Positions 1 to 9,166 of a stretch of 64,000 bases of DNA are shown piece by piece. The position numbers were made by a program, and so were the translations under genes. Positions within the stretch are counted from its first letter, which is position 1, and each line of letters begins with the position of its first letter. The DNA is from Candidatus Latescibacterota bacterium. Its GTDB lineage: Bacteria > Latescibacterota > UBA2968 > GCA-2709665. The stretch spans positions 96,001-160,000 of the forward strand of contig CAXXJS010000028.1 of NCBI GenBank assembly GCA_963662665.2. The letters run 5' to 3'. Below the pieces are notes generated by a model. That model did no database searches and had not been told where the DNA came from. It worked only from the letters and a program-made list of their open reading frames with translations.

Positions 1-1
1 G

Positions 2-337
2 GCCTGGGGAAGCCGGGGCGTCGCGGTCGGCCACGACATGGCCGAGACGGACTGGCGGGCTACTATAGACTCCGCGCTCGGCGACTATCACAGGTCGCCT
101 CGCATTCTGCAGGAGTTCCACACGGGTTCCCGTTTTGCAGTGGCGTATTATGATTTCGAGACGGATCGCATGATGCGCCTCAAAGGGCGCGTGCGCATTC
201 AACCTTACTATTTCGTACTGGACGGGCATCCCGTGTTATCGGGCGTCCAGGCCACGGTTTGTCCGCCGGACAAGAAGGTATTGCACGGGATGGTCGACGC
301 GGTGGTGATGCCGGGCGGGGTGGGAAAACCCGGGTGA
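2..337 (+). CDS. C-terminal fragment of a circularly permuted ATP-grasp / glutathionylspermidine-synthase-like protein (5' truncated by window)
   Basis: Frame is open from the window edge: AWGSRGVAVGHD...ILQEFH...GRVRIQPYYF...ATVCPPDKKVLHGM. These motifs resemble CP-ATP-grasp ligases. The stop overlaps the next start (GTGA 334-337). Confidence 0.55.
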   Translation, partial: AWGSRGVAVGHDMAETDWRATIDSALGDYHRSPRILQEFHTGSRFAVAYYDFETDRMMRLKGRVRIQPYYFVLDGHPVLSGVQATVCPPDKKVLHGMVDAVVMPGGVGKPG

Positions 338-1212
338 AGTCTCCAGTGGAACCGGATATGAGCGAAGACACGCGAACCGGGCATTTGCAGGCTGAAAGTA
401 AACTGGCGCAGCTCGAGAACCTCCTCGAACGAATGGGGAGCGCGGTCGTTGCGTTCTCAGGAGGCGTGGACAGCACGTTTCTGGCTGCCGCGGCTCACAG
501 GGTGCTTAAATCGAAAACGCTGGCGGTAACGGCGGTTTCGGCCAGCTACGCTACAGGCGAACTCGAGAACGCGCAGGCTCTCGCGGCCCGGATTGGAATT
601 TCGATGGAAGTGGTCCACACCCGGGAAATGGAGAATCCCGACTACGTAAAAAACGAATCCGATCGATGTTATCATTGCAAGACGGCGCTGGCGGACAAGC
701 TGGATGAAGTCCTCGAAAAGTATGTGGGACGGTACCGATTTCTGATTTACGGGGCCATCGCGGACGACGTGGGTGACTTCAGGCCGGGTATGACGGCGGC
801 CCGGGACCGTGGCGTGCGGGCGCCGATGGTCGAGGTGGGCCTGACAAAAGAGGAGATCCGGCATTTGTCCAGAACCTGGGGATTGCCCACGTGGGATCAG
901 CCGGCGTCTGCTTGTCTGTCATCCCGCATATCCTATGGAACGCCCGTGACCGTGGAAGCGCTGTCGATGGTTGACCGGGCCGAGGCTTTTCTCAAAACGC
1001 TCGGTTTCAGCCTGGTCCGGGTGAGGCACCATGACGATATCGCCCGCATTGAAGTTCCTCGCGAAGAGATCGGCCGGTTTTTCCTGGAAGGACTCGTCGA
1101 CCGGGTTGTGGCGCACTTGAAGGAAATCGGATATCGGTTCGTCACGGTGGATATGCAGGGATACCGGAGCGGGAGTCTGAACGAAACGTTACTGAATATT
1201 CGGGACAGGTAA
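334..1212 (+). CDS. larE: LarE-family ATP-dependent sulfur insertase (PP-loop, TIGR00268-like), CxxC-C type
   Basis: PP-loop AFSGGVDS, RCYHCK, DFRPG, ACLSSRI and GYRSGSLN motifs. Start is GTG 334 (coupled) or ATG 358. Confidence 0.9.
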   Translation: MKSPVEPDMSEDTRTGHLQAESKLAQLENLLERMGSAVVAFSGGVDSTFLAAAAHRVLKSKTLAVTAVSASYATGELENAQALAARIGISMEVVHTREMENPDYVKNESDRCYHCKTALADKLDEVLEKYVGRYRFLIYGAIADDVGDFRPGMTAARDRGVRAPMVEVGLTKEEIRHLSRTWGLPTWDQPASACLSSRISYGTPVTVEALSMVDRAEAFLKTLGFSLVRVRHHDDIARIEVPREEIGRFFLEGLVDRVVAHLKEIGYRFVTVDMQGYRSGSLNETLLNIRDR

Positions 1213-1254
1213 ACGTCACGGCTGAAGCGTGACAATGTACACGGAACCTGAAAA

Positions 1255-1848
1255 ATGGCATTTCTCGAGATAAAGAAATTCGGCTGTCCGATACTCAGAA
1301 GGAAGGCGCGGCCGGTTGAAGCGATTACGCGGGAGGTGCGGACCCTTGTGGACGATATGTTCGAGACGATGTATGCGGCGGAGGGGATTGGGCTTGCGGC
1401 GCCCCAGGTGGGTGTAAACCTGCGTGTGGTGGTTCTGGACGTGAGCCCCGGTGATCCTGAGTGCGAACCAACGGTATTGATCAATCCGGAATTGAGTGAG
1501 GAAGAGGGCGAGGTCGTGGGCGAAGAGGGTTGTCTGAGTATACCGGGTATTGTGGGAGACGTCAGTCGCCGGGCAACGGTCCGGGTGGATGCCCTGGACC
1601 GGGACGGCAACGAGTTCAGCGGTATGATGACGGATATTGCGGCCCGGGCGGTTCAGCACGAGGTAGATCATCTGAACGGCATTCTGGTCACGGATCATTT
1701 CAGCGCAATCAAACGGAATCTTCTGCGCAGCCAACTCGTCGCATTGAAACGACAAGGCAGCCGCCAGAAGCAGGGGCTGACCCGCCTGGAAGCAATTCGC
1801 CCGTCAAACGCGGTCGGCGGCCCGGATGAAGCGAAGGCCGGGCCATGA
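1255..1848 (+). CDS. def: Peptide deformylase
   Basis: GIGLAAPQVG, EGCLS and QHEVDHLNG motifs. Confidence 0.96.
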   Translation: MAFLEIKKFGCPILRRKARPVEAITREVRTLVDDMFETMYAAEGIGLAAPQVGVNLRVVVLDVSPGDPECEPTVLINPELSEEEGEVVGEEGCLSIPGIVGDVSRRATVRVDALDRDGNEFSGMMTDIAARAVQHEVDHLNGILVTDHFSAIKRNLLRSQLVALKRQGSRQKQGLTRLEAIRPSNAVGGPDEAKAGP

Positions 1849-2675
1849 ACCAGCGTGTTGACCTGCATCTGCACTCGACGTGCTCCGACGGGACATTCAC
1901 GCCTCGGGAAGTCGTGCGTCGGGCCGCAGACGCCGGACTCGCCGTGATCAGTCTTACGGATCACGACTCAACCGACGGTATTGCGGCGGCAAAGGAGGAA
2001 GGCGCACGGTTGGGTGTCGAGGTGGTACCGGGAACCGAGTTGAGCGCCCAGGCCGGTGGAACCGACTTACATATTCTGGGGTATTTCATTGACCCCGATC
2101 ATCCGGACCTGATCGAATGCCTTGCCGCCTATCGCCACGCAAGGATGCGCCGGGCGGAACGAATTGTGAAAAAGCTGAACTGGCTGGGATTGCGGGTGTC
2201 CATGGATAAGGTGCTTGCCAAAGCGGATTCCGGTTCGATCGGACGTCCGCACATTGCCGACGTGATGTTGGAAGAAGGCCTGGTTCTGTCGGTTGACGAA
2301 GCGTTTCACAAATACCTGGGGTATTCCAAACCGGCATACGAAAGCAAATATTCGCTTTCGCCGTACCGGGCAATCCAGGTCATCAGGTCTGCGGGCGGGC
2401 TGGCCTGTCTTGCGCATCCGGGCCTGTACCGCAGGGACGATCTGATTTCTCCAATGGTCGCTGATGGCATGGACGGCATCGAGGTCCGGCATACAAAGCA
2501 CAACGCCTCGCTCGTCGCACGATATTCGAAGATCGCGAAGGAGAACAACCTTCTATGTACTGGAGGTTCGGATTGCCACGGCGACGGCAGGGGAGATCCG
2601 GTGATTGGAACCGTGGAGGTGCCGCTGTCCTGCGTGGAGGCGATGCGAGAGCGCTTGATTACAAGGAAAGGCTGA
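1845..2675 (+). CDS. PHP-domain metal-dependent phosphoesterase (TrpH/YciV-like)
   Basis: DLHLHSTCSDG, TDHD, GRPHIA, LAHP and TGGSDCHG motifs. ATGA overlap with def. Confidence 0.92.
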   Translation: MNQRVDLHLHSTCSDGTFTPREVVRRAADAGLAVISLTDHDSTDGIAAAKEEGARLGVEVVPGTELSAQAGGTDLHILGYFIDPDHPDLIECLAAYRHARMRRAERIVKKLNWLGLRVSMDKVLAKADSGSIGRPHIADVMLEEGLVLSVDEAFHKYLGYSKPAYESKYSLSPYRAIQVIRSAGGLACLAHPGLYRRDDLISPMVADGMDGIEVRHTKHNASLVARYSKIAKENNLLCTGGSDCHGDGRGDPVIGTVEVPLSCVEAMRERLITRKG

Positions 2676-2755
2676 TAGCTGGCCAGGCAGGATAGATGGA
2701 AATACGGGCGCTCGGCACGCGCAATACGTTTCGTGACTCTGGATGGGGCGAGCAA

Positions 2756-3736
2756 ATGCGGTCGGATAGTGCATTTTTGGACGAAGACCGGTCCGATCTC
2801 TATTTCCTGAATACCCGCGACGTGTTGGCGCGGGAGGAGATCGATCCGGTTGTTACGATGGAGGTGTTTCCCAACGGGGACGGCACGCTTTGCGGCATGA
2901 CCGAGGTGCTGGAGAACCTGGCAACGGTGTGGCCTGAGGACGCGTCCGTGTGGGCGCTTGACGAGGGCGCGGCGATGTCGCGGAAAGAAGTGGTACTCCG
3001 GATTCGGGCGCGTTACAACAGCTTCGGTATCTATGAGACCGCCTATCTCGGTACGCTTGCCCAGAAAAGCGGTTGGGCGACGGCGGCACGGTCGTGTGTG
3101 GCGGCCGCCGGGGGCATTCCGGTAATCAGCTTCGGTGCGCGCCACGTCCATCCCGCGGTTTCGGATCACATGGAATATGCCGCCATCGTGGGTGGCTGCT
3201 CCGGATGCGCCACACCCGCGGGGGCCAGGCTGGCCGGGCAGGACGCGACGGGCACCATGCCGCATGCACTGATGTTGATTATGGGAGACACGGTCGCGGC
3301 GGCGCAGGCCTTCGACCGGCACATGCCGGAATCGATCCGGCGGATCGTGTTGGTGGATACGTTCATGGATGAAGCGGAGGAGAGCGTTCGGTTGGCCGGG
3401 GAAATGCGAGGCCGGTTACCTGGCGTGCGTTTGGACACGCCCTCTGAACTCGGCGGCGTGACCCCCGATCTCGTGAGTCGGGTTAGAAGCAGGCTGGATG
3501 GCGCCGGGCATCCGGAGGTGAAGATATACGTGAGCGGCGGGATGACGCCGGAACGCATCCGTGAATTCGTAGACACCGGATCCGCGGTGGACGGGTTCGG
3601 CGTGGGCAGCGCAATCAGCGGCGCGTCCCCCATCGACTTTACATCCGATATCAAAGCCGTCGGAAGGCAGTCTGTGGCGAAGCGGGGGCGGAGGCCGGGG
3701 GTAACGGAGAACACCAGGCTCAAACGAGTGCGTTGA
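2756..3736 (+). CDS. pncB: Nicotinate phosphoribosyltransferase (short archaeal-like type)
   Basis: SFGARHVHP, GTMPHAL, LVDTF, VRLDTP, SGG and FGVG motifs. Start is 2756 or 2696. Confidence 0.85.
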   Translation: MRSDSAFLDEDRSDLYFLNTRDVLAREEIDPVVTMEVFPNGDGTLCGMTEVLENLATVWPEDASVWALDEGAAMSRKEVVLRIRARYNSFGIYETAYLGTLAQKSGWATAARSCVAAAGGIPVISFGARHVHPAVSDHMEYAAIVGGCSGCATPAGARLAGQDATGTMPHALMLIMGDTVAAAQAFDRHMPESIRRIVLVDTFMDEAEESVRLAGEMRGRLPGVRLDTPSELGGVTPDLVSRVRSRLDGAGHPEVKIYVSGGMTPERIREFVDTGSAVDGFGVGSAISGASPIDFTSDIKAVGRQSVAKRGRRPGVTENTRLKRVR

Positions 3737-3789
3737 CGAAACAAGCCCTCCGCCGGCTGACTTTCCGACCAAAGGGGTGGAGACGGAAC

Positions 3790-4044
3790 ATGGAGGTCAG
3801 GGTCTTGTTTTTTGCGTCGTGCAGGGATCTTGTTGGAACACGGGAGGCATTGATATCGATACCCGAGCGTGCCTCCGTGGCCGACCTTTTGGCGCGGCTG
3901 GCGGTGGATCATCCCCGGTTGCGGGAAATGGAAGGCAGTTTGATGGTGTCGGTCAACCAGACGTACGTGGACAGGTCCCGGCGTCTTGATCATGGGGATG
4001 AGGTGGCGTTTATCCCGCCGGTAAGCGGGGGAAGTACAGGCTGA
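3790..4044 (+). CDS. moaD: Molybdopterin synthase sulfur carrier subunit (MoaD/ThiS), with GG followed by an STG extension
   Basis: VRVLFFA...VSVNQTYV...DEVAFIPPVSGG-STG*. Confidence 0.9.
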   Translation: MEVRVLFFASCRDLVGTREALISIPERASVADLLARLAVDHPRLREMEGSLMVSVNQTYVDRSRRLDHGDEVAFIPPVSGGSTG

Positions 4045-4082
4045 ACGTGTTGCAAGAAGCCAAACGCAGGAGGCAAGACCGC

Positions 4083-4535
4083 ATGTCCGGTAATCTTTAC
4101 CGAATCCAGGAAGACGCCATACCTGCCGACGCGCTGCACGACGTTGTGCTGAGGGATTCGGATGGGGCGGTCGCGACCTTCGCCGGGGTGGTGCGGGACC
4201 ATGCGATGGGCCGCCGGACGGAATACCTGGTGTACGATGCATATAAAAAAATGGCCGAGAAGAAGATGGAGGAGATTGGCCGGGAGGTGAAGGAGAAGTG
4301 GGACGTGGATCGTGTGGGTATGCTGCATCGGGTGGGGCGATTGGAGATCGGTGAGACCAGCGTCTTGATCGCGATTTCCGCGCCGCATCGAAAGGCGGCC
4401 CTGGAAGCCTGTCACTACGCGATTGACCGTCTCAAGGAAACGGTGCCCATCTGGAAAAAGGAAGTATGGACGGACGGGGAGGAGTGGATCGAGGGCGATC
4501 CTTCGTCGCCGGAGCAGGCAGCCGGGAAGACATAG
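4083..4535 (+). CDS. moaE: Molybdopterin synthase catalytic subunit
   Basis: GAVATFAGVVR, HRVGRL, HRKAA and LKETVPIWKKE motifs. AGGAGG SD at 4068-4073. Confidence 0.95.
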   Translation: MSGNLYRIQEDAIPADALHDVVLRDSDGAVATFAGVVRDHAMGRRTEYLVYDAYKKMAEKKMEEIGREVKEKWDVDRVGMLHRVGRLEIGETSVLIAISAPHRKAALEACHYAIDRLKETVPIWKKEVWTDGEEWIEGDPSSPEQAAGKT

Positions 4536-4639
4536 AGTCGACCCGACTGGAACGCGACGCGGCCGTGAACTCAGTGGGTTGGGGGCACGGCTGTTTTGTT
4601 GGACGGGCAAAGGACAGAACATAAGAAAATATCAGTATT

Positions 4640-4790
4640 AAAAACCACATCTCCCCAGATTCCCTGCCTACGGCGTGTTCCTTGAAACCGGGGAGACGTG
4701 AGATGAAAGAGGGTAGAGATTACCTGCCTCGTGAGGTCTCTTTTCGCGCCGGAGGCAGGTTCTCCACGCTCTATAGTACAACATCTCTAT
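4640..4790 (-). repeat. Degenerate copy of the heptamer-ended miniature element
   Basis: Collinear with 52650-52770 (catctcccc..attccctgcct..gggtagagatt.cctgcct.gtgaggt...gccggaggca) and reverse complement of 11756-11826. Confidence 0.75.
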
Positions 4791-4835
4791 CGGAACGAAC
4801 CTCGTGGGATCTTTTCTTGAGTACGGTTGTGGCGC

Positions 4836-4975
4836 GGGGGGTTTTTCCGTGCAAATCCGTCCAGCACCGGAGCGTTGGAACACCTGACGGGCTTGAAGGT
4901 CACCGGATTTCCGTTAGTGCCGCTGAGGTGATTCACGGAAAAACCGGCCCCCCGCCGAGGGGCGCGGTTCTTTTT
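4836..4975 (+). promoter_or_regulatory. Candidate structured leader/ncRNA with terminator upstream of glutaminyl cyclase
   Basis: Perfect 12-bp inverted repeat ggtttttccgtg (4840-4851) / cacggaaaaacc (4934-4945). An overlapping GC hairpin (4942-4969) is followed by cttttt. Confidence 0.4.
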
Positions 4976-5045
4976 GGTCCTTTTTCTTACGCGCATAAGA
5001 AAAAGGACGAAGAAAAAATGAAAATAGAGAGAACGACTGAGGGAA

Positions 5046-5942
5046 ATGACCTTACAGTCCAGGAGCAGAACCCAGCATCTGGTTTTCCCGCGTTCCCCGG
5101 GCCTTCGCTCTCTGCCAGGAATCGCTCTGGTCTTATTCGCTGCGTCGGTTCTGACGAATCCACTTGCGATCGATCAGGTTGCGGCCCGGCAGGCGTCGCC
5201 CGATACTCGAGCGTCATCACGCGCGGACTCGACCGCCCGGCAGAAGCCTCGACAGTACACGTACCGCGTAATACGTTCGTATCCGCACGATCACGGCGCG
5301 TTTACGCAGGGCCTTGTCTATGAGAACGGTTTCTTTTACGAGGGAACGGGGCTCTACGGGCGGTCGTCGTTGCGCAAGGTCGATCCTGAAACCGGCGAAG
5401 TTACGCGGATGCAGCCGCTGGAATCGAGGTATTTCGGCGAAGGAATTACCATTTTTGGAAATCGCATCATTCAGTTGACCTGGGTGGCGCGGACCGGCTT
5501 TGTCTACGATAAGGAAACTTTCGAACGCGTGCGGTCGCTCACCTATGCTACCGAGGGGTGGGGGATTACCCACGACGGTCGGTGGTTGATCATGAGCGAT
5601 GGAACGCCGACGCTGTATTTCAGGGATCCGGTGACGTTTAAGGAGGTCGGGCGGATTGAGGTACGGGACAATATGGGCCCGGTGACCCGGCTGAATGAAC
5701 TGGAATACGTTGAAGGCGAAGTCTACGCCAATGTCTGGGAAACGGACCGGATCGCCAGGATCGACCCTGAATCAGGCAGGGTAGTGGGCTGGATCGACCT
5801 GACCGGGTTGCTTGCCGGGCGGGACCGGCTTGCCGTGGACGCCATGTTGAACGGAATCGCTTATGATCCGGCGGAGAAGCGCCTGTTCGTGACCGGAAAA
5901 CGATGGCCTAAGCTGTTCGAGATTGACGTGGTGCCCCGATAA
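5046..5942 (+). CDS. Secreted glutaminyl-peptide cyclotransferase (type I QC, beta-propeller)
   Basis: YPHDHGAFTQGL, YEGTGLYG, FGEG, EGWG, LNELE, NGIAYD and TGKRWP motifs, plus an N-terminal signal-like hydrophobic stretch. Confidence 0.93.
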   Translation: MTLQSRSRTQHLVFPRSPGLRSLPGIALVLFAASVLTNPLAIDQVAARQASPDTRASSRADSTARQKPRQYTYRVIRSYPHDHGAFTQGLVYENGFFYEGTGLYGRSSLRKVDPETGEVTRMQPLESRYFGEGITIFGNRIIQLTWVARTGFVYDKETFERVRSLTYATEGWGITHDGRWLIMSDGTPTLYFRDPVTFKEVGRIEVRDNMGPVTRLNELEYVEGEVYANVWETDRIARIDPESGRVVGWIDLTGLLAGRDRLAVDAMLNGIAYDPAEKRLFVTGKRWPKLFEIDVVPR

Positions 5943-6014
5943 AGTTGTAGAGTCGTTCTGCGCACGGGCTGCCAGGGCCCGTGGAGACATTCGAGGCGCG
6001 GCGCAAGCCGTGCC

Positions 6015-7404
6015 TTATTTGTTGAGGCGCCATTTGAGTAGCGTGCCGACGTCCATCAGGTAGGTGTGGTCTGTCTTTTCCTCTTCTGAGCGACTCTTAA
6101 GGGATTCGATTCTGGCCGTAATGGAACGGCAGAGGCCGTTGAGAATATTGGTCGGCACGTTCAGGCGGTTGCGGGTCTTGTAGAAGGCCCGGATGAGTTC
6201 GGCCCTGGCGGGGCCCGCAGTGCCCACAGGGTTGCCGTCACCGCCGAGACGGAAGTCCCGGTCATATTCCCAGCCGTTGAAATAATCCCCCGCAGGCGTC
6301 TGAAGGAAGGTGGCGAAATTGAGGGCGGCGCACAGGCGGGACCTGAGAGACTTCGAAAAGGAATGGTCCCGCGGGAGGACGTCGTACAGGGAAGCGAGGC
6401 CATTGGCCGTAATGGATTGATAGCCGACGTGAAAGTTGTGACCCGGCCATCCGCCCCGTGGGAGCTGCGCGAAGAAGACGCCGCCCCGGGTCCGCCAGAT
6501 TGCAGTGTTCAGGTACTTTTCCTCTCCGGTGAAATCATACAGGAGGGAGAGGAACCAGAGGGCGAATGCATCGTAGTTGTTGTTTCCCGTAAAGGGGCAG
6601 GTCGTCGTCCAGTCGGCGGCCCTTCGAACGGCATTGAGGTATTTCTCTTCGCCCGTAACGCGAAAACCCTCTACCAGCGCCAGACCTGCCCAGCCCGTGT
6701 CATAGAAGTTATCGCGCTGGTTCATCACGCCGCCGGGGACGGCTTTGTACCACCAGCGGAAGGCGCCGTTCTCGTCCTGCTCGGCAAGGAGATAATCCAG
6801 GCCGCCGACAGCCAGCTTCCGGTATTGCTCGTCACCCAGCGCTTCGTAGCCGTACAGATAACCCAGGATGACGTTCGCGGGCCAGCGGTACGCGGGTTTT
6901 TCCGCATCGGGGACCGTACCCCAGCCGCCGTCCGGATTGCGGCAGAGCTCACAGGCCGTATGCGCCGTATGAAACGCCGCTGCCAGCGTATCCGGGTCAA
7001 CCCGGTTCAAAGTTGGAGGAAGCGTCGACAATGCGGTCGCGAGGCGCATCCGGGAAACCGTCGGGCAGGCGGCGTCCGGGCACAACCACCTCGAAGGACT
7101 CGGTGGCGATAGCCCGGATATCCTGCAGTTCCGTGAGGACCTGCGCGGTGACGAGATAGGCGCCCGGATGAAGGTCGGACTCGAGATTGAAGTGGAACGG
7201 GAGAACCGTGTGCCCGCCGTCGAGGTCCCGTTCTACCTCCCGCAATGAGAACCGCGTGGCGCCGAGAGGATCGTTGATGGCGAACCGGACGCGGACCATC
7301 TGTTTGTCCAGCCCGATCACGTGGATGTCGATGGAGATCCGCTGGCCGGGAACAAAGCCGAAGCTCTTGTCGGGAATGGAAATGAGGAGATATGGCTCGG
7401 ACAT
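6015..7404 (-). pseudogene. Alpha/alpha-toroid hypothetical protein with N-terminal Ig-like part, split into two overlapping frames (7404-6997 and about 7020-6015)
   Basis: The downstream ORF has repeated 'TGEEKYLNA' toroid helices but no convincing start. The upstream ORF starts at ATG 7404 and overlaps it in another frame. A frameshift near 7020 would join them. Confidence 0.5.
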
Positions 7405-7452
7405 ATCGGAAGGTCCTTCAGGCGCACCTGGCGTCTCGACGGATCTGGATAG

Positions 7453-9128
7453 TTACGTTACCGGAATGACGGGCAGGAGAATATGGGATGGATATTGTCT
7501 TGAGTGATAAACGGTCTGATTGGCCTGGCGCATTTCGGTTTCGCTTGCCAAAGAGCCGCCCGTATTGAGATTGCGGTCGAACCTGGGAAAATTCGAAGAC
7601 GAGATCTCGAGACGGATGCGGTGGCCTCGCTGGAACACGTTTCCCGTGACGCCCAGGTCGATCTCATAGGCGTAGACGTTGTCAGGTTCGAGCAGGGACG
7701 GGCTGGTGAAGCCTTCCCGAAAACGGGCCCTCAGGATGCCGTCGCAGAGGTTCATGGCGTAACCGGAGGGGGACACGTCCACCAGTTTGGCGGTCCAGTC
7801 CGTGTCCGTGCAGTTGGTAGCGGCGTAGAGGACGCCCTTGACGGGTCCCGTGACTTCCACGTCTGATTCCAGAGGGTCGCTGGTGTAACAGAGTACGTCG
7901 CTGCGCATTTCCACCGGTCGCTGGTCCTGCGGCCCCCACGGGACGATATGGGGGGAGCAGCAGTTGTTTCCGCCCATGGTCGGCGCAGGGTAGCGGGGAT
8001 CGTACGTGTAATGATCGGGGTGTTCCTGTCCCGGGGTATCAGTCGACAGGCACCCGTCGCCAAGCAGCGTATTGGCATGCCCGGCAGAATGCAGGTGCCA
8101 TTTCTGCCATTGGGTTCGCGCGAGGGGCCACTCGTATTCATCCCGCCACCGGTTGACCCCCATGATGAACAGCCTAAGCGGCGGTTCGTCCGCGATGCCG
8201 TTGTCGATGCCCTTCAGCCAGTAGTCGAACCAGCGTTGTTCCAGGCTTTCCAGGTCAACCATGGACGGCGCACCGAAATCGACGTCGCCGGTTTTCGACG
8301 ACGTACTCAGCGCGTGCGGCCACGGTCCAATGATGAGTTTGCTCTTCTTTGCCTCTTCCGTGGCGCCATTCAGGCGAAGGCCGTTGAAGTTGCTGAAGGT
8401 CTGGGCGGCATAGAGGTCGTACCAGCCGCCCATGTTGAACGCCGGCGCGATAATTTCACCCCACCGGGTTTCGTCGTTGAATTCCTCCCAGTAATCGTCG
8501 TAAACGTCGTGTTCGACCCAGTCTTTCCAGAAGTCGACGTCGCGGCCCGCGTGTTCGTCCATTCTGTCGAGCGGCAGCGCCCGAAAGGCTTCGGTCCAGT
8601 TGTGAAACTCAATAGTCTGGCCCGTGCGGGCGTTGGTGCGCATACCCCAGGTCAACATTACGTTCAGTTGGAACGCGCCGCCGGGATGGACGAGCCCGGT
8701 GTAGTAGTCGGCGCAGATGACCCGCGGCGTCATGCATTTGAGATAACGACTCCCATACGGCGCGCTACGCCATTGTACGGCGCCGCCGTAGGAGCTGCCG
8801 GCCATCCCGATGCTCCCGCTGCACCACTCCCGGTCCCCGATCCACTCCTGGGTGTCGTACCCGTCTTCACCTTCCCGAAACGCATAGTAGGTCCCTTCGG
8901 AGTCCCAGCGCCCGCGGCAGTCCTGAAGGACGCATGCGTATCCGTTATTCGCCAGCCGCCGGGCTTTTTCGACCATCCCGTCGGCGTTATTGCTGTATGG
9001 GGTGCGCATGAGTACCGTGGGAAATCTTCCCCGGCGCGAGGCAGGTAGATGTCCGCCGAGAGGTTGATCCCGTCGCGCATCGGCACGTTCACGTCCAGTT
9101 GCATGTCTACATCGTAGTTGGGCTGCAT
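7453..9128 (-). pseudogene. CocE/NonD-family alpha/beta hydrolase with a single frameshift at the G4 run (C4 at 9029-9032 on + strand)
   Basis: The N-terminus VPMRDGINLSADIYLP is in one frame. RTPY, QDCRGRWDSEG, GSSYGG, GGWYD, IGPWPH and SSSNFPRFDRN are in another. One extra G restores the gene, so this may be an assembly error. Confidence 0.85.
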
Positions 9129-9166
9129 CGATTTCCTCGAATTTGAGGGTCTGTTCCTGCGGCAAG

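Noticed and set aside
4860-4930. Assignment to c-di-GMP-II riboswitch, twister ribozyme or tRNA-Sec
   Set aside because: Only short partial motif matches. The required stems or T-loop could not be built, so it is left as an unassigned structured leader.
4682-5323. 213-aa ORF before glutaminyl cyclase
   Set aside because: It runs through a repeat element and a terminator-like structure, and overlaps the real gene out of frame.
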